A stretch of DNA of 64,000 nt from Proteromonas lacertae (Eukaryota). The position numbers and the translations under genes were made by a program. A model generated the notes under the pieces. It ran no database searches, was not told where the DNA came from, and was given only the letters and a program-made list of their open reading frames with translations. Of the stretch, positions 27,348-38,177 are shown in pieces. The stretch is from NCBI GenBank assembly GCA_002245135.1, contig NGBS01000585.1:1-64000 (forward strand), read 5' to 3'. How positions within the stretch are numbered: the first letter of the stretch is position 1; every line of letters starts with the position of its first letter.

Positions 27348-28312
27348 CTAAGTTGATCTATATTGAGGTAATTGCGCTTTTCTTTCTTCCATAGAAGTCA
27401 TATAATCAGAATAAATAAGTATCTCACCTTGTTTCATTGAATCCAATGCTGCTTTTGGATGATTCTCAGTCTGCTAATATTGGATTGTATCTTATTTCAT
27501 TTGGATTTATTGGCATTTTAGCATTGTATACTGGTGGAACTGGAATTCCAGGATATGTGGTGTATTGCTGATTAACTATTGGTGGTTGAATTGTTGATAT
27601 TGATGTTACTGGTGGTTGTGCTGGTGCATATGGGTTATACATCATTGGATATGTTGAAACATTACTCTGTGGCTGTGTTGGTAGAGGTGGTGGTGGTGGA
27701 GGTTGATTGGTTGAAGGTGGTAAAGCAGGATTATTAGTTGGTGGAGGAGGTTGTGGTGGAAGTGGTGCTGTTACTGATGCAGATGATGGAGACACTGGAG
27801 GTGGAGGTGGTTGTGGTGGTAATGGTGCAGAAGATGAAGAAGGAACTGGTGGATTTGATGAAGGTGTTGTTCCACTTGGTAATGGAGGTTGTGATGGTGT
27901 TGGAACAGTATTACCACCACCTGAACTATATGAATATTGAATTTCTCCTGTGTTTACATTTATAAATTTCGTCATATGTTCTATAAAGTGATATAATCAA
28001 AAAATACCTTGACGAATATCTTCAGGAATACCTTTCATTCCTACTACTTTCACTGAAAGAGAATCTCTACCAGGAATTGCATTTGGAACTCTAATTTACT
28101 ATATTTATACAAAAATACGATGTTAATTTTTCATGATGCAGTTGATCAAGATGTGTCAGCAATGATGGTAATGTTAGAAGCTTCTTTTCACAAACATGGC
28201 ATTTAAAATGCTTAGATTGTTGATGCATAGTGAGAATTTTCTCTTCTTCAAATTCTTTATCACAATAATAGCACCATAATTGATCTGCTAACTTTCTTTT
28301 CTTCCTTCCCAT
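27348..28312 (-). CDS. ZNF207: BuGZ/ZNF207-like zinc finger protein
   Basis: MGRKKRK..WCYYCDKEFEEEKILTMHQQSKHFKCHVCEKKL, VPNAIPGR, GMKGIP, a Pro-rich middle and C-terminal SMEERKAQLPQY. Apparent frameshift near 27470. Confidence 0.88.
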
Positions 28313-28363
28313 TTTTTCAAAGTTTGACAGAATTCAAGCTTTTCTTACATTCTTTTCTTTATT

Positions 28364-29988
28364 ATGAATGAAGCTGTTAAGAGAGTGGTTTCAAATGAAA
28401 TTGTAAGAGATGAAAATGGTAAAAGGCGTTTTCATGGAGCTTTTACAGGTGGTTTTGCAGCTGGTTACTTTAATACAGTAGGAAGTGCAGAAGGATGGAA
28501 ACCATCAGAATTTAAATCATCAAGAACTAATAGGGGTCAAATTAAGCAAAGAACAGCACAGGATTATATGGATGAAGAAGATGATCCAATGTTATCCAGT
28601 AAGTTACAAACCAAGAAAGAATATGACACATTTGGTAGAAATACCTCAACATCAACAGGAGCAGATGATGAAAATTCAATTACTACCTAATTCTTTACTT
28701 GCCGATCTTTTAATACCGTCAACCAATTCAGTAGGTAAAAAATTATTACAAACAATGGGATGGAAAGAAGGTCAAGGTATTGGTCCAAGATTAACAGCCG
28801 AAGAAAAAGGGTATGAAGAAGAAGAATACAAAAATCATACATATGCTCCAGAGAATGTAAAAATTGCACCAATAAAAGTAAAGAATGATCAATACGGTAT
28901 TGGATATGTGCCATTACTACGTACACAAATGACTAAACAACAACAACAGCAACAACAATTACAGTCACAAAGAACAACACAAAGTAATCAATCAAAGAAT
29001 AAAATAATGAAAATGAGTGATATATTTTCAAATCACAGTAGTGGTGTAGCAACTGGTTTTGGCATTGGTGCATTAGAAGTAGATGATGATTTAGATGTAT
29101 ATGAAGATAATAATTTAGATGATTATGATAAAGAATTATTTGATCCAAAAGATATTGATAAAAAAATGAAAAAGAATAAAAATCACAAACATAAAAAGAA
29201 ACATCATCATTATCATAGTAGTAGTAATAAAAAGAATAAAAATTCATCAGATAGTGATAACAGCAATAGTGGTTCAGATAATAGTGGATAGTAATGATGA
29301 GGATAGTATAAGAGATCGATGTATAATAGAAGGTTTTGTTAAATCGCATAAGAAAGATCATCGTTATCATCGATATAAACCAGTTCCAGCTCCAGTTGGA
29401 TGGTTACCACATCACGAATTCCCTTGTCCGTTGATATTGTCGCCGTTTGTGAAGAAATTGTCTATGATTGTACCTGAACAATTAAATGAAGGTGTTTCTA
29501 ATAAGAATATAAATGAACAATATTCAAGTAATAATAATAAACAACATAATTTAACTATAAATATAGCAGATATGCAACTAAACTTTGTTCCTGCTAAAAC
29601 TAAAGATGAAGATGTTATATTAGGTAAAGATAAAATAAAAGAAGAAAATGAAGAAAATGATGAATTATCTAATATGGATAAAGATATACCAAAACGAGAA
29701 GAAAGAATTTGGAAACCATCAAAATTATTATGTTTAAGGTTTAATATACCTGATCCATATGAATCTCAACCTTTATTAGGTGATAATAATAACAGTAATA
29801 ACAATAATATGGGATTATTAGAATTAGTAGGTGGTGGAAGTATAGAAGATGAAATTAATGTGAATCAAAGACCAGCTAATTTGTTGGATCTATTGGATCA
29901 TGCTGAAGATACTACTATTGTTGATCCATTGTTACAGACTAGTGAAAGGCCTTCAGTTGATTTATTTAAAGATATTTTTGGTAGTTAA
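28364..29988 (+). CDS. GPATCH1: G-patch domain protein 1 (GPATCH1/TOUGH)
   Basis: [42 protein letters not shown]-patch [45 protein letters not shown]. Two apparent frameshifts (~28688, ~29289). Confidence 0.9.
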
Positions 29989-30083
29989 TTGTCATTTAAT
30001 TGTATTAATTATTATTTTTTGGGGAGTACTAAATTATCAAATTATAAAAATTATTTAATAATTATAAATTGTTTAAATTAATA

Positions 30084-30750
30084 TTATGCATTTTCAAAAT
30101 GATTCAATAATCTATCTAATTCATTCAGTTTTTCTTCTTTTCTTTTCTCATATTCACATAATATAGAGTTTAACTGTTCTTGTAACAACGATTTTTGCTA
30201 TTATTATTAATAAGATAAACATATACCAACATTTTTCTGGCATAACTTTTTTGTTTCTCAAAATATGCTTTTTCTAATGCTTCTAACTCTTTTCCTTCTA
30301 CACTGAGTTCTCTATCACATTGTTCTATCTGTTTTCTTATTAAAAATACATCTGTACGCATTGGACCTTCTAAATCTTTCAACTGTTTTTGAACTTTTTC
30401 AAGTCTTTTTTCTTCTTCTATCATTTTTAGTTTTCTTGATTCTAAAGTCTGTTTTAGCATTTGTTCCTTCTGCTTTACTCTTTCTTCTATTACTGTATGC
30501 TCTGCTTTTACTAGAATATTTTGAACTGGCTTAGTTGTGGTATTTGTTTGAGTTTTCTTTGGTAAATCAGGATTTATGTTTGAATGCGAAGATGATGATT
30601 TGTTTGACTAAAATGTTGTTAACTAAATATACTTTTATCGGTTGAAAGTAATCTACAGGTTTATTATTAGTTTTAGGAACATCATCAAGCATCTGAAATG
30701 ACTATATTTTATAAATATACTTTATTTATATCCTTTGTCAAATAATCCAT
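30084..30750 (-). CDS. RAB6-interacting golgin (GORAB)-like coiled-coil protein
   Basis: EEKRLEKVQKQLKDLEGPMRTDVFLIRKQIEQCDREL...LQEQLNSILCEYEKRKEEKLNEL. Exact start uncertain. Confidence 0.7.
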
Positions 30751-30811
30751 TCAGAAGAAGAATTTTTAAAATAAACCAAAATTTTATCCGTTTCTGAAAT
30801 ACATAAAACAA

Positions 30812-31973
30812 ATGCCAAAGAGAAAAAGGGTAGAAAATGATGCATCTGATGCAGATTACTTCGATTTATACGATTTTCTAAACTATATAAAAGAAACTAA
30901 AGAATCAGAAGAGATGGCAGAGTATTTTTTAAAATTTCATTTCGATAGCATAATGGCAATGTTCTACAACTATAAAGAATCAAAAGGAGAATATAAACAT
31001 CCTGCTAAATTCATTAAGAGATATTGTAGTGATTATATTCACGATTTAGGGTTTATTGATATATTCACAGAAAAGTGTACTCTTTCTGTATTACTTTCAG
31101 ATGTTATTTATAGGGTAAAGATGCATTAAAAATACTAAAAAAGAATAATAAGGATCCTGCCAAGTTTATTCAGTTTCTAGATGCATTAGGTGATTCAATA
31201 TCTTTGGCTAATCCTAAACATTCCAAAAAGTATTTTTAAACTGTTAAATAATATATAGATTTGGTAAAATTGTTAAAGATTTTGAATATGAAGATATTGT
31301 GAATTGTTTTAGATCTTTTCACAATGAATTTTCTTTAGCTGTTAGTTTTATTGATGCAGTTAATGAATTTCTTAGATGTTTTCCTGAATGGAAAGATGAA
31401 AATAAAACAAAATTCTTTGAAATACTATTTTTATATCCAGAACATAGTTATTTTTTATCTCACAACAAAAGTCAATTATTTGAAGCATTCCCACTACTGG
31501 AAACAATACCAAAATTGGGTAAAATTGATGATGATGTTGTTATAGAAAGTGATGCAGATGAAAATGGCGATTTAAAAGGATTTATATCTAGTGAAGATGA
31601 ATTGTTGTCAGATAGTGATAAAGATAATAATAATGATAATAAAAGTGTAGATAAACATAAAAATATCCGTAAATATAGTGGTGACAGTGATCTTTTTGAA
31701 TCACTTGAAGAGGATAACAATGAAAGTGATGATGATGATGATGATGATTTAGAATCAGTTGTAGTACCAGAAGAAGAGGAAGATTTGAGTGATTCAAATA
31801 AACAAGAAGAAGAGGAAGAAGAGGAGGATGAAAAAGAAGAGGATGAAGATGAAGATGGAATGCATCGTAATCCTTATATTGAATTTTCAGCTAGTGAAAG
31901 TGAAGGGAGTGAAGATGAAAAGAATAGTGATATTAGAGAAAAGTCTGAAACTGAAGAAATAACGTTTCTATGA
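30812..31973 (+). CDS. Unknown protein with N-terminal NLS-like motif and acidic tail
   Basis: MPKRKRV start, a helical domain and a D/E-rich C-terminus. One intron and an apparent frameshift near 31114. Confidence 0.6.
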
Positions 31974-32098
31974 GATATATAGTAATTTATTTGTTATAAT
32001 ATGTAATGGATTTGTTTTTTTTTAATAGACAAACATTATAAATAATAATTGGAGTATATAAGGTAATGAATTTAGAATCACTGAATCAAATCTTCATT

Positions 32099-33610
32099 TT
32101 ATCTGATTATTATATATCTTCTGTACGTTCTAAGTGAAGCACAATAAGTACATTGTGCATGATCTTGATTGAAATGAGTTTGTTGTTTTTTCTTATGGCA
32201 TGAAGTGCATTCTGTAATTCCATTACCATCTGTATCTATTACATCCCAATCATGTATTTGTTTTTTTATATTTACTATTTTTCTGTTATGTAAAACTGCA
32301 CAAAGTAAACATATGATTCTTCCATTCGATAAACTCTCATAATAATATTTGTTAGTACTTCTTAACTTTCTTCTACAATTTCCATCTTTATAAGAAAACA
32401 TTTCAAATGGATTTTTATATGGATGAGGATTTTCTATATCATACCAGCATTTATATCCCAATTCTTTATTATTAGGATCAAAATATTCAGGTTGAGGAGG
32501 CATACAATTATACGTTAATCTTTCTTCTATTTCTTTTTTATTAATATCTTTAGGAACAGAATAACTCCAACCTTTTGGTTCTTGATAAAGATGTTTTTCA
32601 AATAAATGTCTTAGTCCTTCAGGAATATCATTATTTCTTAAATAAACATCAATTAAACGTTTGTATACAGAATCTACATCTTCAACTATATTACTACTTT
32701 GAATCATTTTAATAGCATTAGTTGTTACATCATTTCTAACATTTTCATCAACATTAGATGACATTATACTATACGAATCAGATGGTGGTGGTTGAGTTAA
32801 TGGTTTAGGTGGAGTTAATGGTGGTTGAATTATTGTTTCAGGTATAGTTACTGAAGGTGAATAAGTATTAAGTATGCCAGGATTATTAATTGCATTATTT
32901 TTAACTTTACTTTTATTAATAACCAGATGTTTTGAACGTTGAACAGCAACTACATTTGAATTTTGTTCAATATTCAATTCTTTCTTTTCATGCTTTACAC
33001 CATTTGATTGTGATATTATTGTTTCATCAAGTGTTGATGGAAGTAAATAACCAGAATTAATCACTTCTGCAGTATTAGACATTAGTTCATCAGTTATATT
33101 ATGGTTCATGTTATTAGTATCATGCGATCTATCTACTTCCATTTCATTGATAGGAAATATTGTTCCTATTGCTGTAACTAACCTTTCATTATCTATACTT
33201 ATGTTTTCATCAATTGGTAGTGAAATATCTACACGATTGTTGGTTCTTCTATTCTCTAAATTGTCATTGTCAACACTTATAAGAGATGGTTGCATTAACG
33301 GCTGCAACGTGCTATGATCGTCTTTTATCAACACTTTAGCACCACTCTTGTTATATATAACGGTATTTGACTGATTTTTACATTCTTTTACAGCTTCATT
33401 ACCTTCATTAATTTCATCTCCATCGTCTTTATTTATGCAATCTTTTGTGAGTTTAACTCTTGTAAATAAATCATCTACCTTGTTTATCTCATCTGATAGT
33501 TCATCACAACCTACATCTAAGCAAAATGATAAAGTAAATAAAAACTTTATCCAAGAATATGTATGTCTATCTGAAATATCATCAAATGTATCGTAATAAG
33601 TGTTATTCAT
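32099..33610 (-). CDS. Intronless orphan family copy 1 (C-terminal Cys-rich domain)
   Basis: 503-aa uninterrupted ORF with EIEERLTYNCMPP...NGRIICLLC...DWDVID...CxxC...CxxC. Confidence 0.75.
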   Translation of the reverse strand: MNNTYYDTFDDISDRHTYSWIKFLFTLSFCLDVGCDELSDEINKVDDLFTRVKLTKDCINKDDGDEINEGNEAVKECKNQSNTVIYNKSGAKVLIKDDHSTLQPLMQPSLISVDNDNLENRRTNNRVDISLPIDENISIDNERLVTAIGTIFPINEMEVDRSHDTNNMNHNITDELMSNTAEVINSGYLLPSTLDETIISQSNGVKHEKKELNIEQNSNVVAVQRSKHLVINKSKVKNNAINNPGILNTYSPSVTIPETIIQPPLTPPKPLTQPPPSDSYSIMSSNVDENVRNDVTTNAIKMIQSSNIVEDVDSVYKRLIDVYLRNNDIPEGLRHLFEKHLYQEPKGWSYSVPKDINKKEIEERLTYNCMPPQPEYFDPNNKELGYKCWYDIENPHPYKNPFEMFSYKDGNCRRKLRSTNKYYYESLSNGRIICLLCAVLHNRKIVNIKKQIHDWDVIDTDGNGITECTSCHKKKQQTHFNQDHAQCTYCASLRTYRRYIIIR

Positions 33611-34094
33611 TAAGTGCTAATGATATGAAAGGATTTTTAAAATTTTGGAATAAAAAATAGAGTCGTTTTAGTGGAATTTTACATGAAAATTTGAAGCAAT
33701 AAATGATTTGTATATATAGTTAACTATGAATAACAGAAAGTTAACATGTAGTATATATAGTTATTTAAGAAAATAATCATGCTCTGTAGAATGTAGTTAT
33801 TAATAACATGTATAAGAGTATTTTTAAATCTGTTATAAACAATTGGTGAAAATATCAAACATGATGAATTCTTTGAGTGATTTAGATTACACCATCACTT
33901 ACAATGGAAGATATTATTTTGAAAATATTTAGCTGTATTCATCTGACATATATACAGCTAAATAGCGTAGTGTTGTTATTATTCTCAATATTTTAAATAT
34001 CTGATTGTAAAACAAAAATAAATACAATTAATAGTTGTAGTATATATTCTATGGATATAATATTAAGTATATAATAATAGAGAATGAATCTCAT

Positions 34095-35423
34095 CTAGTT
34101 TTTTTCTTTTTCCTTTTTTCTTTTTTCTTTTTCATTGAAATATTTTTGAAATTTAACTATTCTTGAACAGAGACTACATCTTCCTTTTCGCAAACCACTT
34201 TTCAATCCAAAATGTAATAGTTTTTTATATTTATTACATGTATGACAAAAATCTGTATCATCACTATCTTTATCTAATACATCCCAATCTTGAAGAAGAT
34301 CATTATCTTTTAATTGTATATTATTCAGAACAGCACATGGAATACAAATAATTCTTCCATTTGATAGATTTATACATGAAAATTTGTGTAGTTTTTCTAA
34401 TTTTTTTTTGACACATTCATCAACAAATACCAACATCTGTAATGGATTTTTATATGGATGAGGATTATCTTCATCATAGCAACATTTATAACCCAATTCT
34501 ATATTATTAGGATCAAAATATTCAGGCAGAGGAGGCATACAATTGTACGTTAATCTTTCTTCTATTTCCTGTTGATCAATATTTATAGGAATATAATAAA
34601 CTGATCCGTCAGGTTGTTGATATAAACAATCCATAATCATTTTCTTCAGTTTTTCGTCTTTCATACCAACTATATTATATTTTTTGATATATTCTGCCAT
34701 ATGTTCTTCATAACTTAAATCTGTATTTCCAAAAAATTGGCTTTTACTTCCATTTAATAGCGGATACTCTGAATTAACAGAACCTGATGGTGATAATGGT
34801 GAAGAAGGTAATGGTGATGAAAGTAAAGTATTATTACAAAATGAATATTCTCCTTTAGCTTGATAATTATCACTGATTATAATACTGGGAGGTTGATCTT
34901 TTGTTGCAGGTGTATTCCAAGTAAATACCTGAGCAGTATTGGATATTTGTTTATCATATATGTCACTGTCACTGTCGTTATCATTTGGCTCATGTTCTTC
35001 CATTTCATTTCTTTGAATTGGTAGATTAACGCTACATTGAGTTTGTTCATTTTTGTGTTGAATTAACACTTTAGCTGCTGCTCTACATTTTATTGTTAAG
35101 TTGTTACTGCTACTTAAAGATGTAGATGATTTGATAAAATCATAATTAATTCGAGAATCAATAGGAGAGAGAGGATCTGTGTCAGATAATAATTGACTTT
35201 CTTCAAAAACAATTTTTGGAGAAGATGAAAGAGAGTGTTTCCATATGTTCATATTTAATACTTTTATTCCATTATTAGTTTTTATAAACTTTTGAAATTC
35301 TCTTTCATCTTGATTTTCGAATTTTCTACGAGGTAATTGTAAACTCAGTTCTTCAGAATTTGTATCACTTGAATAGTTAGCAAATCCAAAATTGTAATAA
35401 TAGTTTACTACAGAACTTGCCAT
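34095..35423 (-). CDS. Intronless orphan family copy 2
   Basis: Same C-terminal domain as copies 1 and 3. First ATG at 35423 (MASSVV). Confidence 0.75.
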   Translation of the reverse strand: MASSVVNYYYNFGFANYSSDTNSEELSLQLPRRKFENQDEREFQKFIKTNNGIKVLNMNIWKHSLSSSPKIVFEESQLLSDTDPLSPIDSRINYDFIKSSTSLSSSNNLTIKCRAAAKVLIQHKNEQTQCSVNLPIQRNEMEEHEPNDNDSDSDIYDKQISNTAQVFTWNTPATKDQPPSIIISDNYQAKGEYSFCNNTLLSSPLPSSPLSPSGSVNSEYPLLNGSKSQFFGNTDLSYEEHMAEYIKKYNIVGMKDEKLKKMIMDCLYQQPDGSVYYIPINIDQQEIEERLTYNCMPPLPEYFDPNNIELGYKCCYDEDNPHPYKNPLQMLVFVDECVKKKLEKLHKFSCINLSNGRIICIPCAVLNNIQLKDNDLLQDWDVLDKDSDDTDFCHTCNKYKKLLHFGLKSGLRKGRCSLCSRIVKFQKYFNEKEKRKKEKEKN

Positions 35424-35614
35424 ACTTATGTAATGAAACGAAAAAACAAAATTTTTGTTTCTAAAAATAGTGCCGTTATAGAAAAAAATTAGGTAGAGGA
35501 ACAACTCTACTAATATCGCATTTTGTTAAAGATACTTATTACTAATGTATGTAGCATACAATCCAAAAACTTATTCTATACAATAAATCAAGGTTTTTGA
35601 CTTTTTAATTTCAT

Positions 35615-35735
35615 TTAAAATACTAATCAAATGTAAGTTACACAGCATATATTACTATATTTTTAACATAAGTTCGTTTATCTAATACTATAACGGTTTT
35701 GGCAGTCAGATTGCGACTCTAATCGCTAACTGACA
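35615..35735. repeat. 121-bp dispersed direct repeat, copy A (ends in GTCAG...CTGAC hairpin)
   Basis: Nearly identical to 37913-38033. Confidence 0.9.
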
Positions 35736-36176
35736 AACTCTAACATAATTAATTATAGTATTTGAAACACTGATCAGTTGTTGGAAATATCAAACAATGG
35801 AAGATATTATATTAAAAATATTTATGGATGTAGATATGATAATGATAATGTATCTAGAGTTTATTTATACTTTAGAATATTCCTTATAATGTTTTTATAA
35901 CTATATCTGGCATATCTTCTATATTTTCTTCAGCTGGCTTAATATTGTATAATCAACGTATGCAAGTTGGTAATAGTTATTTAAAGATGGTATACTGCTG
36001 TTCTAATAAATAGGGAAAAGCTTTAGAATATTAAAAAATATCAAATAATCTAGCCTTCAATATAATATGACTATTTATATAAATACAAACACAAACACAT
36101 AATTTATATTTACTATATATGGCGATAAGAATATGATTAATGAGTGAAATATTGTATGCGTTTAATTATGTATCTT

Positions 36177-37304
36177 TTAAACATCTAAAATGCATCTTGT
36201 ATATGTTCTACGTGAAGCACAAAAAGTACATTGTTTACTATGCTTGATTTGATTGTAATGCATGTCTTTTTTTAATTTGCTACATCCTTTACATCTTCTA
36301 GTATGACTATAAGTATCTATTACATCCCAATCTTGTAATTGATCTATATGTAATATGTTGCTATGATTCAAAATAGCACAAACAAGACAAATAATTCTTC
36401 CATTTGATAGATTTTTGCATGAATATTTTTGTAGTTTTTCTAATTTTATTCTTTCATATTTATCAACAAATATAAACATTTCAAATGGATTTTTATATGG
36501 ATGAGGATTTTCTATATCATACCAGCATTTATATCCCAATTCTTTATTATTAGGATCAAAATATTCAGGTTGAGGAGGCATACAATTATACGTTAATCTT
36601 TCTTCTATTTCTTTTTTATTAATATTTTTATGAATTTTATAAACTGCTCCATTTGGTTCTCTGTAGAGAAGTTTCTTAAACAGAGTTGTTATTTTATCAT
36701 TTAAATCATTGAAGTTATTTCTTTTGATAAAATTATTCATAAGTTCCACAAAACTTAAATTATTTGGAGGAGGTATAAATGGTCTTGGAGGTGGAACAGT
36801 TAATCTACCATCACTAGCAATTACTAATAAATCACATACACTATTATTCAAAAGTGAATTTCCTTCCGTGTTTGTCTGTATTTCATTATTTTCAACAAAA
36901 TCTAATTCTAATTCTTTTAATTCAGTTAATGGAATGGATGGTGATGAAGAATTACCTAAAACATCATAAAAAGAGTCAATCTCAGAAAGGCTTCTTTCAT
37001 AATCACTATCAACATATTCATTTTCTTCACCCATATTATTTCCATTATCTTCGATAAACATTGCTTTATTAGCCTGAGTTTCTCTTAAATCATAATTTGG
37101 ATATGGAGAACTAATTTCTTCGATTCTGTCACTTTTTTTTGCTCTCTCTCCATTATTGCATTTTAAAACTTTATTCATAACCTGTTCAAAACCCAAATAA
37201 TCTCTTTTCTTGCTTTTCAACAAGTTATTTTCAGTAGTCTCTTCTATTGAATTACCGAAGATTAAGTCATGATTATATACATTTAAATGTGAATTATATG
37301 CCAT
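36177..37304 (-). CDS. Intronless orphan family copy 3
   Basis: 375-aa ORF with the same C-terminal domain. Confidence 0.75.
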   Translation of the reverse strand: MAYNSHLNVYNHDLIFGNSIEETTENNLLKSKKRDYLGFEQVMNKVLKCNNGERAKKSDRIEEISSPYPNYDLRETQANKAMFIEDNGNNMGEENEYVDSDYERSLSEIDSFYDVLGNSSSPSIPLTELKELELDFVENNEIQTNTEGNSLLNNSVCDLLVIASDGRLTVPPPRPFIPPPNNLSFVELMNNFIKRNNFNDLNDKITTLFKKLLYREPNGAVYKIHKNINKKEIEERLTYNCMPPQPEYFDPNNKELGYKCWYDIENPHPYKNPFEMFIFVDKYERIKLEKLQKYSCKNLSNGRIICLVCAILNHSNILHIDQLQDWDVIDTYSHTRRCKGCSKLKKDMHYNQIKHSKQCTFCASRRTYTRCILDV

Positions 37305-37912
37305 TTTTATGATTTTATAAAAATATATTCGTTTTATAAAAATTACAGTAGAAAATAAACCACAACAACGAAAATATTTAACATGTTATTAAATATATTT
37401 TATCTGGTTATTAGAATATATGCTGCTAAAAGAATAAATTTAAATATACTACAACAGTAAATTGTATATAGTGTATTTAGAATATAATATAGTGTTTCTG
37501 AGTAGAATAATTATCTATAATAAATATTAAATGATGTTATAATAGTTGTAATGTACTTGTGGTTAATTATAACTTTACGTAGTAATCCATACACAAATAC
37601 ATAATCATAGTATGAAATGTAGTTGATAATGAATATCAAATATGCGATTCAAAGCTTCTACTCTATTAATTCTATCTTCTTCTTTAATTTACACTCACTC
37701 TATATCTTTTATGTACTTTATATGCATATCAGAAAGTGTATTGTTCATAATATCTATTATATTTGTAGTGGATTTATAATTGTTGATTATCTCTCTTTTT
37801 CATCTCAAACTTGTAATTGCTTGGTTATATCATCTTCATACATCAGGAAATGAAACATATCACAAATACTAGGTATAACAGCTAATATTTTCTTTACATT
37901 TTTTAAATTCAA

Positions 37913-38033
37913 TTAAAATACTAATCAAATGTAAGTTACACAGCATATATTACTATATTTTTAACATAAACTCGTTTATCTAATACTATAACGGTTTTGG
38001 CAGTCAGATTTCGACTCTAACCTCTAACTGACA
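37913..38033. repeat. 121-bp dispersed direct repeat, copy B
   Basis: Nearly identical to 35615-35735. Confidence 0.9.
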
Positions 38034-38177
38034 GAGTCTTTCTTTTATTCTATTCCATTCACCCAACAATGACCATTATTAAGTTAAACTGAAGTAAACA
38101 CTGTTTGTTCTTGATGATGAGTCATTTCTCAAAAATAAAAGCTTGTCAAACTTTTAATTTATTTTTTGTCTATTACG

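Noticed and set aside
37623..37870. 76-aa plus-strand ORF, or a possible decayed kinase C-lobe fragment on the minus strand (EEDRINRVEALNR)
   Set aside because: Too degenerate to support, with multiple stops and only a few matching residues.
38010..38030. CTCTAA-CCTCTAA as an interstitial telomeric repeat
   Set aside because: Only two units, and the paralogous copy lacks the duplication.
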